The notes beneath the pieces are model-generated. The model was not told where the DNA came from. It did no database searches and saw nothing but the letters and a program-made list of their open reading frames with translations. A stretch of DNA of 48,030 bases. Source: Desulfobaccales bacterium (GTDB lineage Bacteria; Desulfobacterota; Desulfobaccia; Desulfobaccales; 0-14-0-80-60-11). The stretch is from the NCBI GenBank assembly GCA_041740935.1, contig JBGSLA010000091.1, forward strand, positions 1 through 48,030, read 5' to 3'. A program made the position numbers and the translations under genes. This document shows positions 28,497 to 38,056 of this stretch, in pieces (the first letter of the stretch is position 1; each line of letters opens with the position of its first letter).

Positions 28497-29212
28497 TCCG
28501 CAGGTTGGCCCGGCTGGGCCATTTTGGCAAAATGTTCGTTGGCCGCCCGGATCAACATTTGCCGGGGGGCCAGATCCCGGCTCAGGGCCGTCTGGGTTTC
28601 CGGCTCCACCCTGCCGGTGCGCACCAGTTCCTCGCCGGCCTGGGCCACCGCGGCCAGGACCTTCGCTACCGGGGAGGCCAGCTCCGGAGCATCCATGAAC
28701 TCTGAGGAATGGCGGTAAATCTCCGCGATCAGGCTATGGCCGAAAATCATTTTGAGGTTGAGGGACAGGGCCTGAAAATTCTCCATTTCGGGAAAGGCGC
28801 ACACGCACAGAGCGACGATGCGGGGGCTCTGGGGCGCCCGCAGGGGGTGTCCGGTCCGGGCGCCCTGGTCTACAAACTCCGGCGATATCATGGGGAGCGT
28901 CCGTTCGATGAAGGCCTTCATCCGGGCGTTGAGGTTGTAGTGGTACAGGGGCGAGGCCAACACCGCCACCTCCGCTCCCAGAAAGCGGTCATAGAGCTCC
29001 CCGGTCATATCGTCGTCCTGGATGCAGCGTCCCGGGGTCTTGAACCAACAGCCGAAACAGCCCAGGCAGTGCCGGATGCGGTAGTTGCGCAGATACAGGG
29101 TTTCGGCCTCGGCCCCGGCCCGGCGCGCCCCTTCCAGGAATTTTTGCAGCACCAGTTCGGTTTTGCTTTCCTCGTGGCCCCGGGGACTGCTGTTGAAAGC
29201 CAAAATTTTCAT
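28493..29212 (-). CDS. Flavodoxin-like iron-sulfur flavoprotein family protein
   Basis: NSSPR, CLGCFGCW..TPGRC (Cx2Cx2Cx7C), ASPLY, MKAFIER. Confidence 0.92.
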   Translation of the reverse strand: MKILAFNSSPRGHEESKTELVLQKFLEGARRAGAEAETLYLRNYRIRHCLGCFGCWFKTPGRCIQDDDMTGELYDRFLGAEVAVLASPLYHYNLNARMKAFIERTLPMISPEFVDQGARTGHPLRAPQSPRIVALCVCAFPEMENFQALSLNLKMIFGHSLIAEIYRHSSEFMDAPELASPVAKVLAAVAQAGEELVRTGRVEPETQTALSRDLAPRQMLIRAANEHFAKMAQPGQPAE

Positions 29213-29306
29213 AACATTTCCTTAATCATTGTATTTTATGCAGTCGGAACCTGTTTCATGAGGGGAGATTAACTTCTTCTCACCCACCAACATCCCCTCA
29301 GGCCGG

Positions 29307-30185
29307 TCAATAACTCCACTGCAGACTCACCATCGCGCCCCCGGACGCGGGTTGCACCCTGACCCAGATATTGGGGTCGTTGGGGCCGATGAAGGCATCG
29401 TTTAAAAATCTGCCGATGAAATTGCCCAGCGCCGCGCCCAGCAGGACGTCGGAGGGATAGTGATAATTGCCCTCCAGGCGGGCCCAGGAGGCCCCGCCCA
29501 CCAGGGTGGCCAGCCCGCCCCGCAGGGCAAGGCGCGACCATCTGGGAATATGCAGATAATCCAGGTTGCGGGAGGCCAGGCTGCCGTAGACCGCGGCCAG
29601 GGAAGAGGTGCTGGAAGGCAGGCTGCGGCGGTTGCTGCCGTCCGGCCGGGGCCGTTGGGTGGCGTCTTTTAAACCTTCGGTGCTCAATTTGGTCAAAGCC
29701 GCGGCACCGGCCCCCACCCCAAACCCCTTGAGTTTGGCCCAGACCCATTCCCCCGGCTTATCCCCGCCGGGCGCGGCCAGCCCGGTTATGACATAGGCCC
29801 CGAGCAAGGCGTTCACCAGATAATCCGAGGCCTCGTCGGCGCCCTGGCGGGAGCCGAAAATCGGTTGGTTTTTGGTGGCCCAACGGGTCAGGTTGCGGTC
29901 CCAAGCGTCGATCTGAAAGACCAGGGCCCCCGCGGCCGGCGCCCAGGTGCCCGGGTCCAGGAGAGCGTTTCTGGCGGCCCGTTTGAGGCGCTCGCCGCCG
30001 GGGAACAGCCTGACGTCACCCCCCCAGCGGCGTCCGTCCGGCAGGGTGCCGCAGCCTCCGCCGAGCCAGATGAGGCTCAGGAGGATCAAGGCCGCGCTGA
30101 GCCATTTTTCACCAAAAAATCTAAACTTCAAAGCCTCAGGCTGCCGTGAACCTGAAGAACGAGGCCGGAGGCCCTGGGAGTCCAT
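29307..30185 (-). CDS. PAP2-family phosphatase-like protein, probable lipoprotein
   Basis: KDATQRPRPD, PSS (His of PSGH replaced), RLEGNYHYPSDV; LGGGC lipobox-like. Confidence 0.8.
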   Translation of the reverse strand: MDSQGLRPRSSGSRQPEALKFRFFGEKWLSAALILLSLIWLGGGCGTLPDGRRWGGDVRLFPGGERLKRAARNALLDPGTWAPAAGALVFQIDAWDRNLTRWATKNQPIFGSRQGADEASDYLVNALLGAYVITGLAAPGGDKPGEWVWAKLKGFGVGAGAAALTKLSTEGLKDATQRPRPDGSNRRSLPSSTSSLAAVYGSLASRNLDYLHIPRWSRLALRGGLATLVGGASWARLEGNYHYPSDVLLGAALGNFIGRFLNDAFIGPNDPNIWVRVQPASGGAMVSLQWSY

Positions 30186-30193
30186 GCCCCTGG

Positions 30194-30946
30194 TTAATCC
30201 TGCCGATTGATCAGGGCCGCCAGGTAGCCGGCCCCGAAGCCGTTGTCAATGTTCACCACCCCCACGCCGTTGGCGCAGGAGTTGAGCATGGCCAGCAAAG
30301 CCGCCAGCCCCCCGAAGGCCGCGCCGTAGCCCACGCTGGTGGGCACCGCGATGACCGGGCGCTCCACCAGACCCCCCACCACGCTGGGCAGGGCCCCCTC
30401 CATGCCCGCCACCACCACGAACACCGCGGCCTGGGCGAAGAGCTGCTGATGGGCCAACAGACGGTGCAGGCCCGCCACCCCGCAGTCATACAGGGTTTCC
30501 ACCCGATTGCCCATGATGCGGGCGGTCAGCGCGGCCTCCTCAGCCACCGGCAGGTCCGAGGTCCCCGCGGAAATGACCACAATGACCCCCCGGCCCCGGT
30601 CGGGCACTTCGCCCCGGCTCAGGGTGAGGGCCTGGGAGAGCGGATGATAGCGGGCCTCGGGAAAATCGGCCAGCAAAACCTCAGCCTTGTCCGGGGCCAG
30701 CCGGGTCACCAGGATGTGGTCGGACCCGGCGGCCAGGGAGCTGAGGATGCCCCGGAGTTGGCCGACGTCCTTCCCTGGCGCGAAAATCACCTCCGGAAAG
30801 CCCTGGCGCAAAGCCCGGTGATGGTCCACCCGGGCGAAGCCCAGATTTTCAAAGGGCAAATGACGCAGGCGCTCCAGGGCCTGAGCCGGGCTTACGCGGC
30901 CGGCTTGCACCTCTTCCAGGAGTTGTTCGAGAATTTTGACATCCAT
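30194..30946 (-). CDS. larB: Nickel pincer cofactor biosynthesis protein LarB (PurE-like)
   Basis: DHHRALRQGFPEVIF, AGTSDLPVAEEA, AGMEGALPSV, PTSVGYG, VNIDNGFGA. Confidence 0.95.
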   Translation of the reverse strand: MDVKILEQLLEEVQAGRVSPAQALERLRHLPFENLGFARVDHHRALRQGFPEVIFAPGKDVGQLRGILSSLAAGSDHILVTRLAPDKAEVLLADFPEARYHPLSQALTLSRGEVPDRGRGVIVVISAGTSDLPVAEEAALTARIMGNRVETLYDCGVAGLHRLLAHQQLFAQAAVFVVVAGMEGALPSVVGGLVERPVIAVPTSVGYGAAFGGLAALLAMLNSCANGVGVVNIDNGFGAGYLAALINRQD

Positions 30947-31072
30947 GGGAGTTACCGGTGATTCCGGAGAATTATATCCTGTGGTTCATCCCAGGGGAAT
31001 TCTTAACAACAAAGAATCATATCTTTTCAGGAATTTTTCCTTTGGCTCTCCGGCCAGCTTTGCCTGTGACCG

Positions 31073-32209
31073 TTATTCCTCGAGGGGCGTCAACAGGCCC
31101 TCCCGGCTGAGTCTGTAGCGGCGGCCCTGCCAGTCCACCTCATTTCCCAGGAAGCTCGACAGCCACAGACCGAAGGACAAGAGGTCCTTCAGGGGCAAAA
31201 GCAGGAGCGCCGGGAGAGGCAGGGCGCCCCTGAGGCACAGCCTCTCCGAGAACCAGGCCAGACCCAGGCGCAGGGCCAGGGCCGCGGCCGCCAGGCCCCA
31301 GGCCCAGGGAGCCCCGCCGCTGAGCAAGGCCACCAGGAGGCTCAGGACCAGGGCGTGGGTGATGCCGTAGGCCAGGTAGCCCCGGGGGCGGCACACCCGG
31401 TAGGTGCGGGTCCAGCGCCGCTGATGGGCCAGATAATCCCCGAAACTCAGGCGGGGGTTTACCGTTTCCACCACATAGGGCATGAGGCCCACCGTGAACC
31501 CGGCTTCACGAATGCGCCGGCCCAACTGGTAGTCATCCGCCAGATAATCCGCCAGGGGGGCGAAGCCGCCGATGCGGTTTAAGGCCGTGCGGCTGAAGGC
31601 CATGGCCCCGCCCAGGGCGAAGCGGATGCCCTCCAGGCCCTGGGCCGCGGCCACCGAGGGGATGAAATCGGCGCTGATGGTCAGGGCTTCCAGCACGGAG
31701 CCCAGGGACCCTCTGCGGCCGGCCCGGTAGGGGCAGGAGACCAGGCCCGGGGCGGGGTCCCGGAAAGCCCCCGCCACCCGGCCTAAAAAGTCGGGGCCCA
31801 CCTTGACGTCCTGGTCGGCCACCACCAACAGATCATAGCGGGCATGGGGCTCAAGCTGGCGCAGGGTGCTGACCTTGGGATTATGCCCCAGGGACTCGGG
31901 GCACACTCTCACCTCTACCCGGCCGGGGGGCGCGGTGCGGCGCAATTCCTCCAGGAGCGGCGCCGCCGGGTCGGTGGCCTGGGCCACCCCGAAGATTACC
32001 TGATAGGAATCATAATCCTGGCGGAGAAAACTCTCCAGACACTCCCGGGTCCCCGGCGCCAGGCCTTTGACGGGTTTGAACACGGTGATGCCGGGAGCTT
32101 TCTCCCTGACGGGTGCGGGGGGCGCCTGACCAAAAAAGCGCGCCAGCCAGAACAGGGCCAGGATCTGATAGGCCAGGGCCGCCGCCAAGAGCAGAAGGAG
32201 AGCGATCAT
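31073..32209 (-). CDS. hpnI: HpnI-like GT2 (ceramide glucosyltransferase family) glycosyltransferase
   Basis: KPVKG, NPKV, DQD, LADDYQLG, HQRRWTRT. Confidence 0.85.
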   Translation of the reverse strand: MIALLLLLAAALAYQILALFWLARFFGQAPPAPVREKAPGITVFKPVKGLAPGTRECLESFLRQDYDSYQVIFGVAQATDPAAPLLEELRRTAPPGRVEVRVCPESLGHNPKVSTLRQLEPHARYDLLVVADQDVKVGPDFLGRVAGAFRDPAPGLVSCPYRAGRRGSLGSVLEALTISADFIPSVAAAQGLEGIRFALGGAMAFSRTALNRIGGFAPLADYLADDYQLGRRIREAGFTVGLMPYVVETVNPRLSFGDYLAHQRRWTRTYRVCRPRGYLAYGITHALVLSLLVALLSGGAPWAWGLAAAALALRLGLAWFSERLCLRGALPLPALLLLPLKDLLSFGLWLSSFLGNEVDWQGRRYRLSREGLLTPLEE

Positions 32210-32380
32210 AGAAGGGGTTTTTCTTTATAATATCGTGAGATGGCCCGATAACAAGAAAGGAGAGGCGCCGAAGGAATTGGCCCTCCGCCTTACGGGCCGC
32301 CGCTGTCTAAGGGTGTATCATGAAAACCCCCCAAGCGGTAGGCCTGGGCCGCGCCCCGGCGCAACCCGGCGAGGTTTGTC

Positions 32381-33094
32381 ATGTCCCTGGAAGCAGTCAT
32401 TTTTGATCTTTATGGCACCCTGGTGGATATCTGGACGGACGAAGCCGACCCCTTCGTGTATCAGACCTTATCCAGGTTTCTGCGGTATTATGGCATTTCT
32501 TTCGAGCCGGATGAATTGGCCGCCCGCTATCAGGAAAGCGCCGCTGCCCAGAAGATGGAGCGAGCCTGCCTGCATGCCGAAATCGACGTGTTTCTGGTGT
32601 TCGAGGAGATCTTGGCGGAGGGCCTCAAGAAAACCCCCGAGCGGGCCCTGGTCATCTGGCTGGCCCGTCTGTTCCGCTCTCTCACCATCAACACCCTGGG
32701 GCTCTTCACCGACACCCTGCCGGCCCTGGAGATGTTGGCGCCCCGTTATCGCCTGGGTGTGGTCAGCGACGCCCAATGGGTCTTCAGCGAACCGGAAATC
32801 CGCTTTCTGGGGCTGGAAAAATTTCTGGAGACCGTGGTGCTGTCGTCCCGCTATTTCATCTGCAAGCCCTCGCCGCTGATTTACTCCCATGCCCTGAGGG
32901 CCATGAAGCTGGAGCCTTCCCAGGCCCTGTATGTGGGCAACGACGCCAACCGGGATGTGGCCGGCCCCCAGGCCATCGGCATGCCGGTGGCCCTGATCCT
33001 CAGACAGGGCTGGCCTCCCCCGCCCCCCGAGGTGCCGGCGATCAGGAGCCTGGAGGAGATTGCCGGGCTTATTTCCTCCCATTTTCATGACTGA
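32381..33094 (+). CDS. HAD-family hydrolase
   Basis: FDLYGTLVD, VSDA, KP, VGND...D. Confidence 0.93.
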   Translation: MSLEAVIFDLYGTLVDIWTDEADPFVYQTLSRFLRYYGISFEPDELAARYQESAAAQKMERACLHAEIDVFLVFEEILAEGLKKTPERALVIWLARLFRSLTINTLGLFTDTLPALEMLAPRYRLGVVSDAQWVFSEPEIRFLGLEKFLETVVLSSRYFICKPSPLIYSHALRAMKLEPSQALYVGNDANRDVAGPQAIGMPVALILRQGWPPPPPEVPAIRSLEEIAGLISSHFHD

Positions 33095-33134
33095 AAGCGG
33101 CTGGCGTTCGGAGAACAATTTTCTGCTTCGAGAA

Positions 33135-33172
33135 GTTCAAAGTTCAAGGTTTAAGGTTCAAAGTTTAAGGTT
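33135..33172. repeat. Heptamer tandem repeat (GTTYAAR x5)
   Basis: GTTCAAA GTTCAAG GTTTAAG GTTCAAA GTTTAAG. Confidence 0.85.
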
Positions 33173-33192
33173 AACACATTGATTCAAACAAC

Positions 33193-33369
33193 TTTTCCTA
33201 ATTTATGGGTGATCGTTAGCTCATGAATGACTGCCTGGAAAAGTTCTCCTGGGCACCGCCCACCAACCACCCGGTGGCACAGGTTTGCAACCTGTGCCTG
33301 CACAGGCTCGACGCCTGGGCCACCGGGGTTTTCCTGTGTTTGAAAGAGCCTGGGCCTCAGGAGCGACTG
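33193..33369 (+). mobile_element. Degenerate CTG-cassette with GGTGGCACAGG REP cargo
   Basis: TTTTCC...GCTCATGA-ATGA-CTG-CCTGGAAAAGT [cargo] TTTTCCTG...GGCCTCAGGA-GCGA-CTG. Confidence 0.65.
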
Positions 33370-33388
33370 CCGGGCCTGGGTCAAAAGG

Positions 33389-33802
33389 CTATTCCTGGAG
33401 CCGAAAGGCGCGGGGCAAAAGCTCGGTGATGGGGGCTTCGATGGAGCCTGTTTCCCCCGGAAAGATGACCAGGGCCTCGGGGCCGAACTCAAAGATCACC
33501 TGGCGGCAGGCCCCGCAGGGGGAAAAGGGCCCGGGCCGGTCGCTCGCCACCGCAATGGCCCGGATTTGCATACCCGGCCCTTCCGCGGCCACCGCCCCGG
33601 CAATGGCGGCCCGTTCGGCGCACAGGCTAAGGCCATAGGAGGCGTTTTCCACATTGGCGCCGACAAACACCTGCCCCTTCTCCGTCAACACCGACGCCCC
33701 CACCTTCACCCCGGAATAAGGGGCATAGGCCCTTTCAAGCGCCTCCCTGGCCATTTGCACCAGCAGGGCTTTTTCCCTTTCCGAACTTGACTTTGAGCTC
33801 AT
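33389..33802 (-). CDS. cdd: Cytidine deaminase (homotetrameric type)
   Basis: AYAPYS, GANVENASYG, CAERAA, PCGACRQ. Confidence 0.97.
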   Translation of the reverse strand: MSSKSSSEREKALLVQMAREALERAYAPYSGVKVGASVLTEKGQVFVGANVENASYGLSLCAERAAIAGAVAAEGPGMQIRAIAVASDRPGPFSPCGACRQVIFEFGPEALVIFPGETGSIEAPITELLPRAFRLQE

Positions 33803-33807
33803 GGCGG

Positions 33808-35340
33808 CTAACTGGTAAACTTCCGATCCAACGTCCGGTACTGGATAGCCTCGGCCACGTGGGTCGGGGAGAGGGCGGTCTCGCCTTCGAGATCGGCGAT
33901 GGTGCGGGAGATCTTGAGTATCCGGGTATAGGCCCGGGCGGAGAGGGCCAGCTTCTCCATGGCCGCCTCCAGCAGGCGCCGGGTCGCCTCGGTCAGGGGG
34001 CAGTGGTCCCGCACTTGGCGGGGGGTCATGTGGGCGTTGGCGAAGATTTTGCTTTTGGCGAAGCGCTCCTTTTGCCGGTCCCGGGCGGCCAGCACCCGGG
34101 CCCGCATGACCGGGGAGCCCCCCTGGTCGTCTTCGGCGCCGGCCAACTCCTGGAAGCGCACCGCGGGCACCTGCACCTGGAGGTCGATGCGGTCGAGCAG
34201 CGGCCCCGAAATGCGGGAGCGATAGGAGTTGATCTGGTTAGGGGTGCAGGTGCAGGGCTTCCGGGGGTCCCCGAAAAAGCCGCAGGGGCAGGGGTTCATG
34301 GCCGCCACCAACATGAAGCGGGCCGGATAGGTGAGAGAACTGGTGGCCCGGGAAATGGTGACCCGGCCCTCCTCCAGGGGCTGGCGCAGGACCTCGAGGG
34401 TGGCCCGCTTGAATTCCGGCAGTTCGTCCAGGAAAAGGACGCCGTAGTGGGCCAGGGAGACCTCGCCGGGCTTGGGGCTGGTGCCGCCGCCGATGAGGCC
34501 GGCGTCTGAAATGGTGTGGTGGGGGTTCCGGAAGGGCCGCTGGCGGAGCAGCGCCTGCCCCGGCGGCAAAAGCCCCATGATGCTGTAAATGCGGGAGGTT
34601 TCCAGGGCCTCCTCGAAGCTGAGAGGGGGCAGGATGCTGGGCAAACGTTGCGTTAACATAGTCTTGCCGGCCCCGGGAGGCCCCATCATCAGGACATTGT
34701 GGCCGCCGGCGGCGGCGATCAGCAGGGCCCGCTTCACCGGCTCCTGGCCGCGCACCTCCCGGAAATCCACGTCGTCCTGGGGGTCCCAGCCTGCGTCCTC
34801 CGGGGCCAGGGGCGGGGTGGGCTGCAGCGCCTCCCTCCCGGCCAGAAAATCCACCACCTGGGCCAGGGTGTCCACTGTGTAAAGCTCCAGGCCCTGGACC
34901 ACTGCGGCTTCCCGGGCGTTTTCGGGGGGAAGGATGAGGCTCAGGCCCGCCTCCCGGGTGGTCAGCGCCATGGACAACACCCCCCGGGTGGGCTTGAGGC
35001 GGCCGTCCAGGGAGAGTTCCCCGAACAGCAGATATTTGTCCAGGCCCTCCGGGGGCACCACCCCCTGGGCCGCGAGCAGCCCCACGGCCACCGGCAGGTC
35101 AAAGCCGGTGCCCTCCCAGCGCCCGTCCGCCGGGGCCAGATTGATGGTGATGCGGTTGCCGGGAAACTTGTAGCCCGAGTTCTTGAGCGCCGCCCGCACC
35201 CGGTCCTTGGCCTCCTTCACCGCGGTTTCAGGCAGACCCACGGTGGTGAAGGCCGACAGGCCCGGCGAGATGTCCACCTCCACCTCGACGATGTAGGCGT
35301 CCACCCCCTTCAGGGCGCCGCTTTTGACTTTGGCCAGCAT
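33808..35340 (-). CDS. comM: YifB/ComM Mg-chelatase-like AAA+ ATPase
   Basis: [55 protein letters not shown]; start placed at ATG 35340. Confidence 0.95.
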   Translation of the reverse strand: MLAKVKSGALKGVDAYIVEVEVDISPGLSAFTTVGLPETAVKEAKDRVRAALKNSGYKFPGNRITINLAPADGRWEGTGFDLPVAVGLLAAQGVVPPEGLDKYLLFGELSLDGRLKPTRGVLSMALTTREAGLSLILPPENAREAAVVQGLELYTVDTLAQVVDFLAGREALQPTPPLAPEDAGWDPQDDVDFREVRGQEPVKRALLIAAAGGHNVLMMGPPGAGKTMLTQRLPSILPPLSFEEALETSRIYSIMGLLPPGQALLRQRPFRNPHHTISDAGLIGGGTSPKPGEVSLAHYGVLFLDELPEFKRATLEVLRQPLEEGRVTISRATSSLTYPARFMLVAAMNPCPCGFFGDPRKPCTCTPNQINSYRSRISGPLLDRIDLQVQVPAVRFQELAGAEDDQGGSPVMRARVLAARDRQKERFAKSKIFANAHMTPRQVRDHCPLTEATRRLLEAAMEKLALSARAYTRILKISRTIADLEGETALSPTHVAEAIQYRTLDRKFTS

Positions 35341-35596
35341 GCCTGCTCTTTCCGGGGCGAGTTGCTCGGGGAAAAGGAGCAAAAAACGTTTTCGGTTTTC
35401 ACTTTTCGATAAAAATAATTAATAAAATCAAATCAATACGCGTTTTTCTGATTGCATTTCAAGGTAAAAATCGCCTCAGACGGGAAGGTTCCCCATCTCC
35501 AGGTTTTTTTCCAGTCGGCTTGGGGGAATTCTACCGGAAATCAAGGGGAAAAGGACAGGGTTTTTGTGTGAGGGGTGTGAAATAGGCAGGTAATTT

Positions 35597-35710
35597 ATTG
35601 TGAAAATTTTTTATGTAGAACCGCCGCCCGCGGCGGTTTGTTCGCCGGCGAGGGCGCCGGCGCCACATTTTTTATGCCTCATTGGTGGGCCGAAGGCCTA
35701 TGCGGAACTG
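35597..35710 (+). mobile_element. Degenerate CTG-cassette with GTAGAACCGCCG REP cargo
   Basis: Cargo nearly the same as the reverse complement of 40007-40060; right end TTTTATGC...GTGGGCCGAAGGCCTATGC-GGAA-CTG. Confidence 0.65.
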
Positions 35711-35753
35711 TGTCCGGATGGGCACTCAATCAGACAAGGAGAAGGCGTCGGAC

Positions 35754-36362
35754 TCAAATCTTAAAGGTGACCGAGGTGCGGGCCTGCTCTCCCAGGGAGA
35801 TGAATTCCTTGAGCATGTCAAGGGTCCCGAGGACCAGGCCCTTGACCTGGAAATGCCGTTTTTTCAGATAGATGAAGAAATTTTCGAACTCCTGCCGCAC
35901 TTCCCTGGCTTCAAACAGATTGACATTGCTCTTCAGGCGCACCTCCTGATGCTTGTTGTCGAGGCGCTGGTAGGTGTTGAGTTCGTCAAAATAGACCTTC
36001 AGGTTCACGTAGGTATTGATGAGGCGCCTGCCGGAGTCCGGGTCCAAAGCGCCCAACATCTGGGCCGAGTTGTCATAGACCCCGAAATAATGTTGGGAGG
36101 CGCTGATGATCCCGGCGAAGGTCAATTCCTCGGCCTTGTCGAGGCGTTCCAATTCCTCCCCCACCAGGGCCAGGTAAGCGGTCCAGAGCGCATCCAACTC
36201 AGAGTGCAGGGCCTGGAAGAGATTGAGCAGGGTGCGGGCCTGGCCCTCCCGTTCCAGCTTCTGGTTTTTGAGATAGTGGGCATAGGCGATGACCCGGCCG
36301 CTCAGAAAGCCTCCCACCAAGGCGCCGCCCAGACCGCAGATCAGGGCCAGGATGAAATCCAT
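35754..36362 (-). CDS. Hypothetical protein with an N-terminal membrane anchor
   Basis: GAGGAGG RBS, hydrophobic Gly-rich N-terminus, helical body. Confidence 0.8.
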   Translation of the reverse strand: MDFILALICGLGGALVGGFLSGRVIAYAHYLKNQKLEREGQARTLLNLFQALHSELDALWTAYLALVGEELERLDKAEELTFAGIISASQHYFGVYDNSAQMLGALDPDSGRRLINTYVNLKVYFDELNTYQRLDNKHQEVRLKSNVNLFEAREVRQEFENFFIYLKKRHFQVKGLVLGTLDMLKEFISLGEQARTSVTFKI

Positions 36363-36449
36363 GGGTTGTCCTCCTCAACAATGAATCCCATCCTATTAAT
36401 TCGGCCTAAACGTCAGGAAAATTGAGACTTGGGTTAAAAAATTCCTGCT

Positions 36450-37298
36450 TTACTTCGGAGGCGGGCTCAGGGGCGGCGGGGGCGGCTCCACGTAAACCCA
36501 CAGGGCGCCCCGCATCTCCACCGGATAGGTCTTGCGCTCGTGGACCTTTTTGCCTCCCGGGGCGGACACCGACATGAGCCACCAGCCGGGGCTGTCCAGG
36601 GTGCAGGTGAAATAGCCCAGGCGGTCGGTCTTGACCACCCGGGTGATGAGGGGGGCGTTCTCCTCCCCGAGGCGGTCTTTGGGCATGTTATCCGCGGGGA
36701 CGAAAAAGCCGTGGAATTTCTCGATCTCTACAGGGGCGCGGGTCAGGGCCTGGTTTTTCACCAGAGCCTGCCCCTTGAAGACCGACCCCGCGGGCCAGCC
36801 GTAGGGCCGGGTCAGGGGGATAATCTCCACCGGCAGGCCCACCGCCTGGTCCCAGCCTTTCTCGGCCCGGACGTGCAGGGGCTCTTTGACGTAGTCCTGC
36901 CAAAAGACCTGATTTTCGGGGATGAAATAGGGGGGGCTCTCCAGGCAGAGATAATAATCCCCCGGTCCGGGGGGCTTATAGGCCACCGCAAAGGCCTGGC
37001 GGTCGCGGCCGCTGGCCTGGTCCTTGAGGGTGATTTGGTTGACGGCCGGGATGTCCTTTTTCTTGTCCGGGGTGAAGACGAAAAACTTGGGGGGCTGGGC
37101 GTCGTCGATGAGCATCTCGAAGGGGTGGCCCCAGAAATATCGCCAGTTGACCTCCTCCCCCGGTTTGGCATAGCAGCCTTCGGTCTGGGGCCAGAAGACC
37201 TGGAAGTGGGCCAGAACTGGTGTAGCCGAGAAGAGAACCCCCATCAGGGCCGCCAAAACCCAAAACACCCGTGGTGAAATTCCCCCCGGCTTCACCAT
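36450..37298 (-). CDS. DUF4198 family periplasmic protein (Ni/Co uptake-associated)
   Basis: Signal peptide ending VLA-HF, FWGHPFE, VGLPVEIIPLTRPYG, VKTD..G.F; AAGGAGG RBS. Confidence 0.85.
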   Translation of the reverse strand: MVKPGGISPRVFWVLAALMGVLFSATPVLAHFQVFWPQTEGCYAKPGEEVNWRYFWGHPFEMLIDDAQPPKFFVFTPDKKKDIPAVNQITLKDQASGRDRQAFAVAYKPPGPGDYYLCLESPPYFIPENQVFWQDYVKEPLHVRAEKGWDQAVGLPVEIIPLTRPYGWPAGSVFKGQALVKNQALTRAPVEIEKFHGFFVPADNMPKDRLGEENAPLITRVVKTDRLGYFTCTLDSPGWWLMSVSAPGGKKVHERKTYPVEMRGALWVYVEPPPPPLSPPPK

Positions 37299-37446
37299 GA
37301 ACCGACCCTCCTTGGAAAACCAAGCCACTCTTGGCCAAGGTTAAGCCACCCTGGCCTGCAAGGCTGATTGTTTCAAAGAGGATCGACCTGACCGGGGAAT
37401 AACTTAAAATCTTTTTTAAGATTCCTGCACTTCTTTCTACCTTTTC

Positions 37447-37890
37447 CCCCTGAAAAGGGTTGGGAGGAGGGGGCTGGCGAGAGGGGGTGAGGCTGCCATT
37501 TTGGTTCCGAATCTCCCGCTGGGGGATTGCTTGGCTCCGAATCCGGCAGATAATAGCGGGGGCGGAGCCCGCCCACGGCTTATGGGTGTATTGATAGGCG
37601 GCCCGTGGCCGCCGGCATCAGCGTGCACGGCACGCCCTATAATTCCGCCCTCCCACCACCCGGTGGCACAGGTTTGCAACCTCTCGCCACGCACAGGCGG
37701 GACGCCTGTGCTACTGAATCTCGAGTTTGTGGTTTTCTGACAAAGATTTTGCTTGCAACATGTTAATCTTATTAAGAAATCATTCAATTTTTTCAGTTTG
37801 GTTCCGGCCTTTAGGCCGGGATGTGCAACCAGGCCTCTTCCTGGTTTTGAGAGAGCCGGGGGCTCATGAGCGTCTATTCTTTAAAGTTCG
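37447..37890 (+). mobile_element. CTG-cassette locus carrying copy 2 of the ~170-bp repeat
   Basis: CCCTGAAAAGG left end, REP cargo, right end TTCCTGG...GGCTCATGA-GCGT-CTA; boundaries approximate. Confidence 0.6.
37662..37834 (+). repeat. ~170-bp dispersed repeat, copy 2
   Basis: Near-identical to 1596-1767. Confidence 0.95.
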
Positions 37891-38056
37891 CCTGATGGAG
37901 GGAGGCTCTGGCCTGCCACGTCCAAAATTATTTACAAGATACAAGGGCGGCTGTTCTACATTTTCTCCATCCCAAAAGAGGGATGTTGCCCATAAGCCGC
38001 TAGAAACCATAGGAATCCAATGGCACTTCCCATGTTCTTAAATGCGACCTTTGAGT

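Noticed and set aside
37300-37440. Cobalamin or NiCo riboswitch upstream of the DUF4198 gene
   Set aside because: No B12 box or NiCo consensus visible
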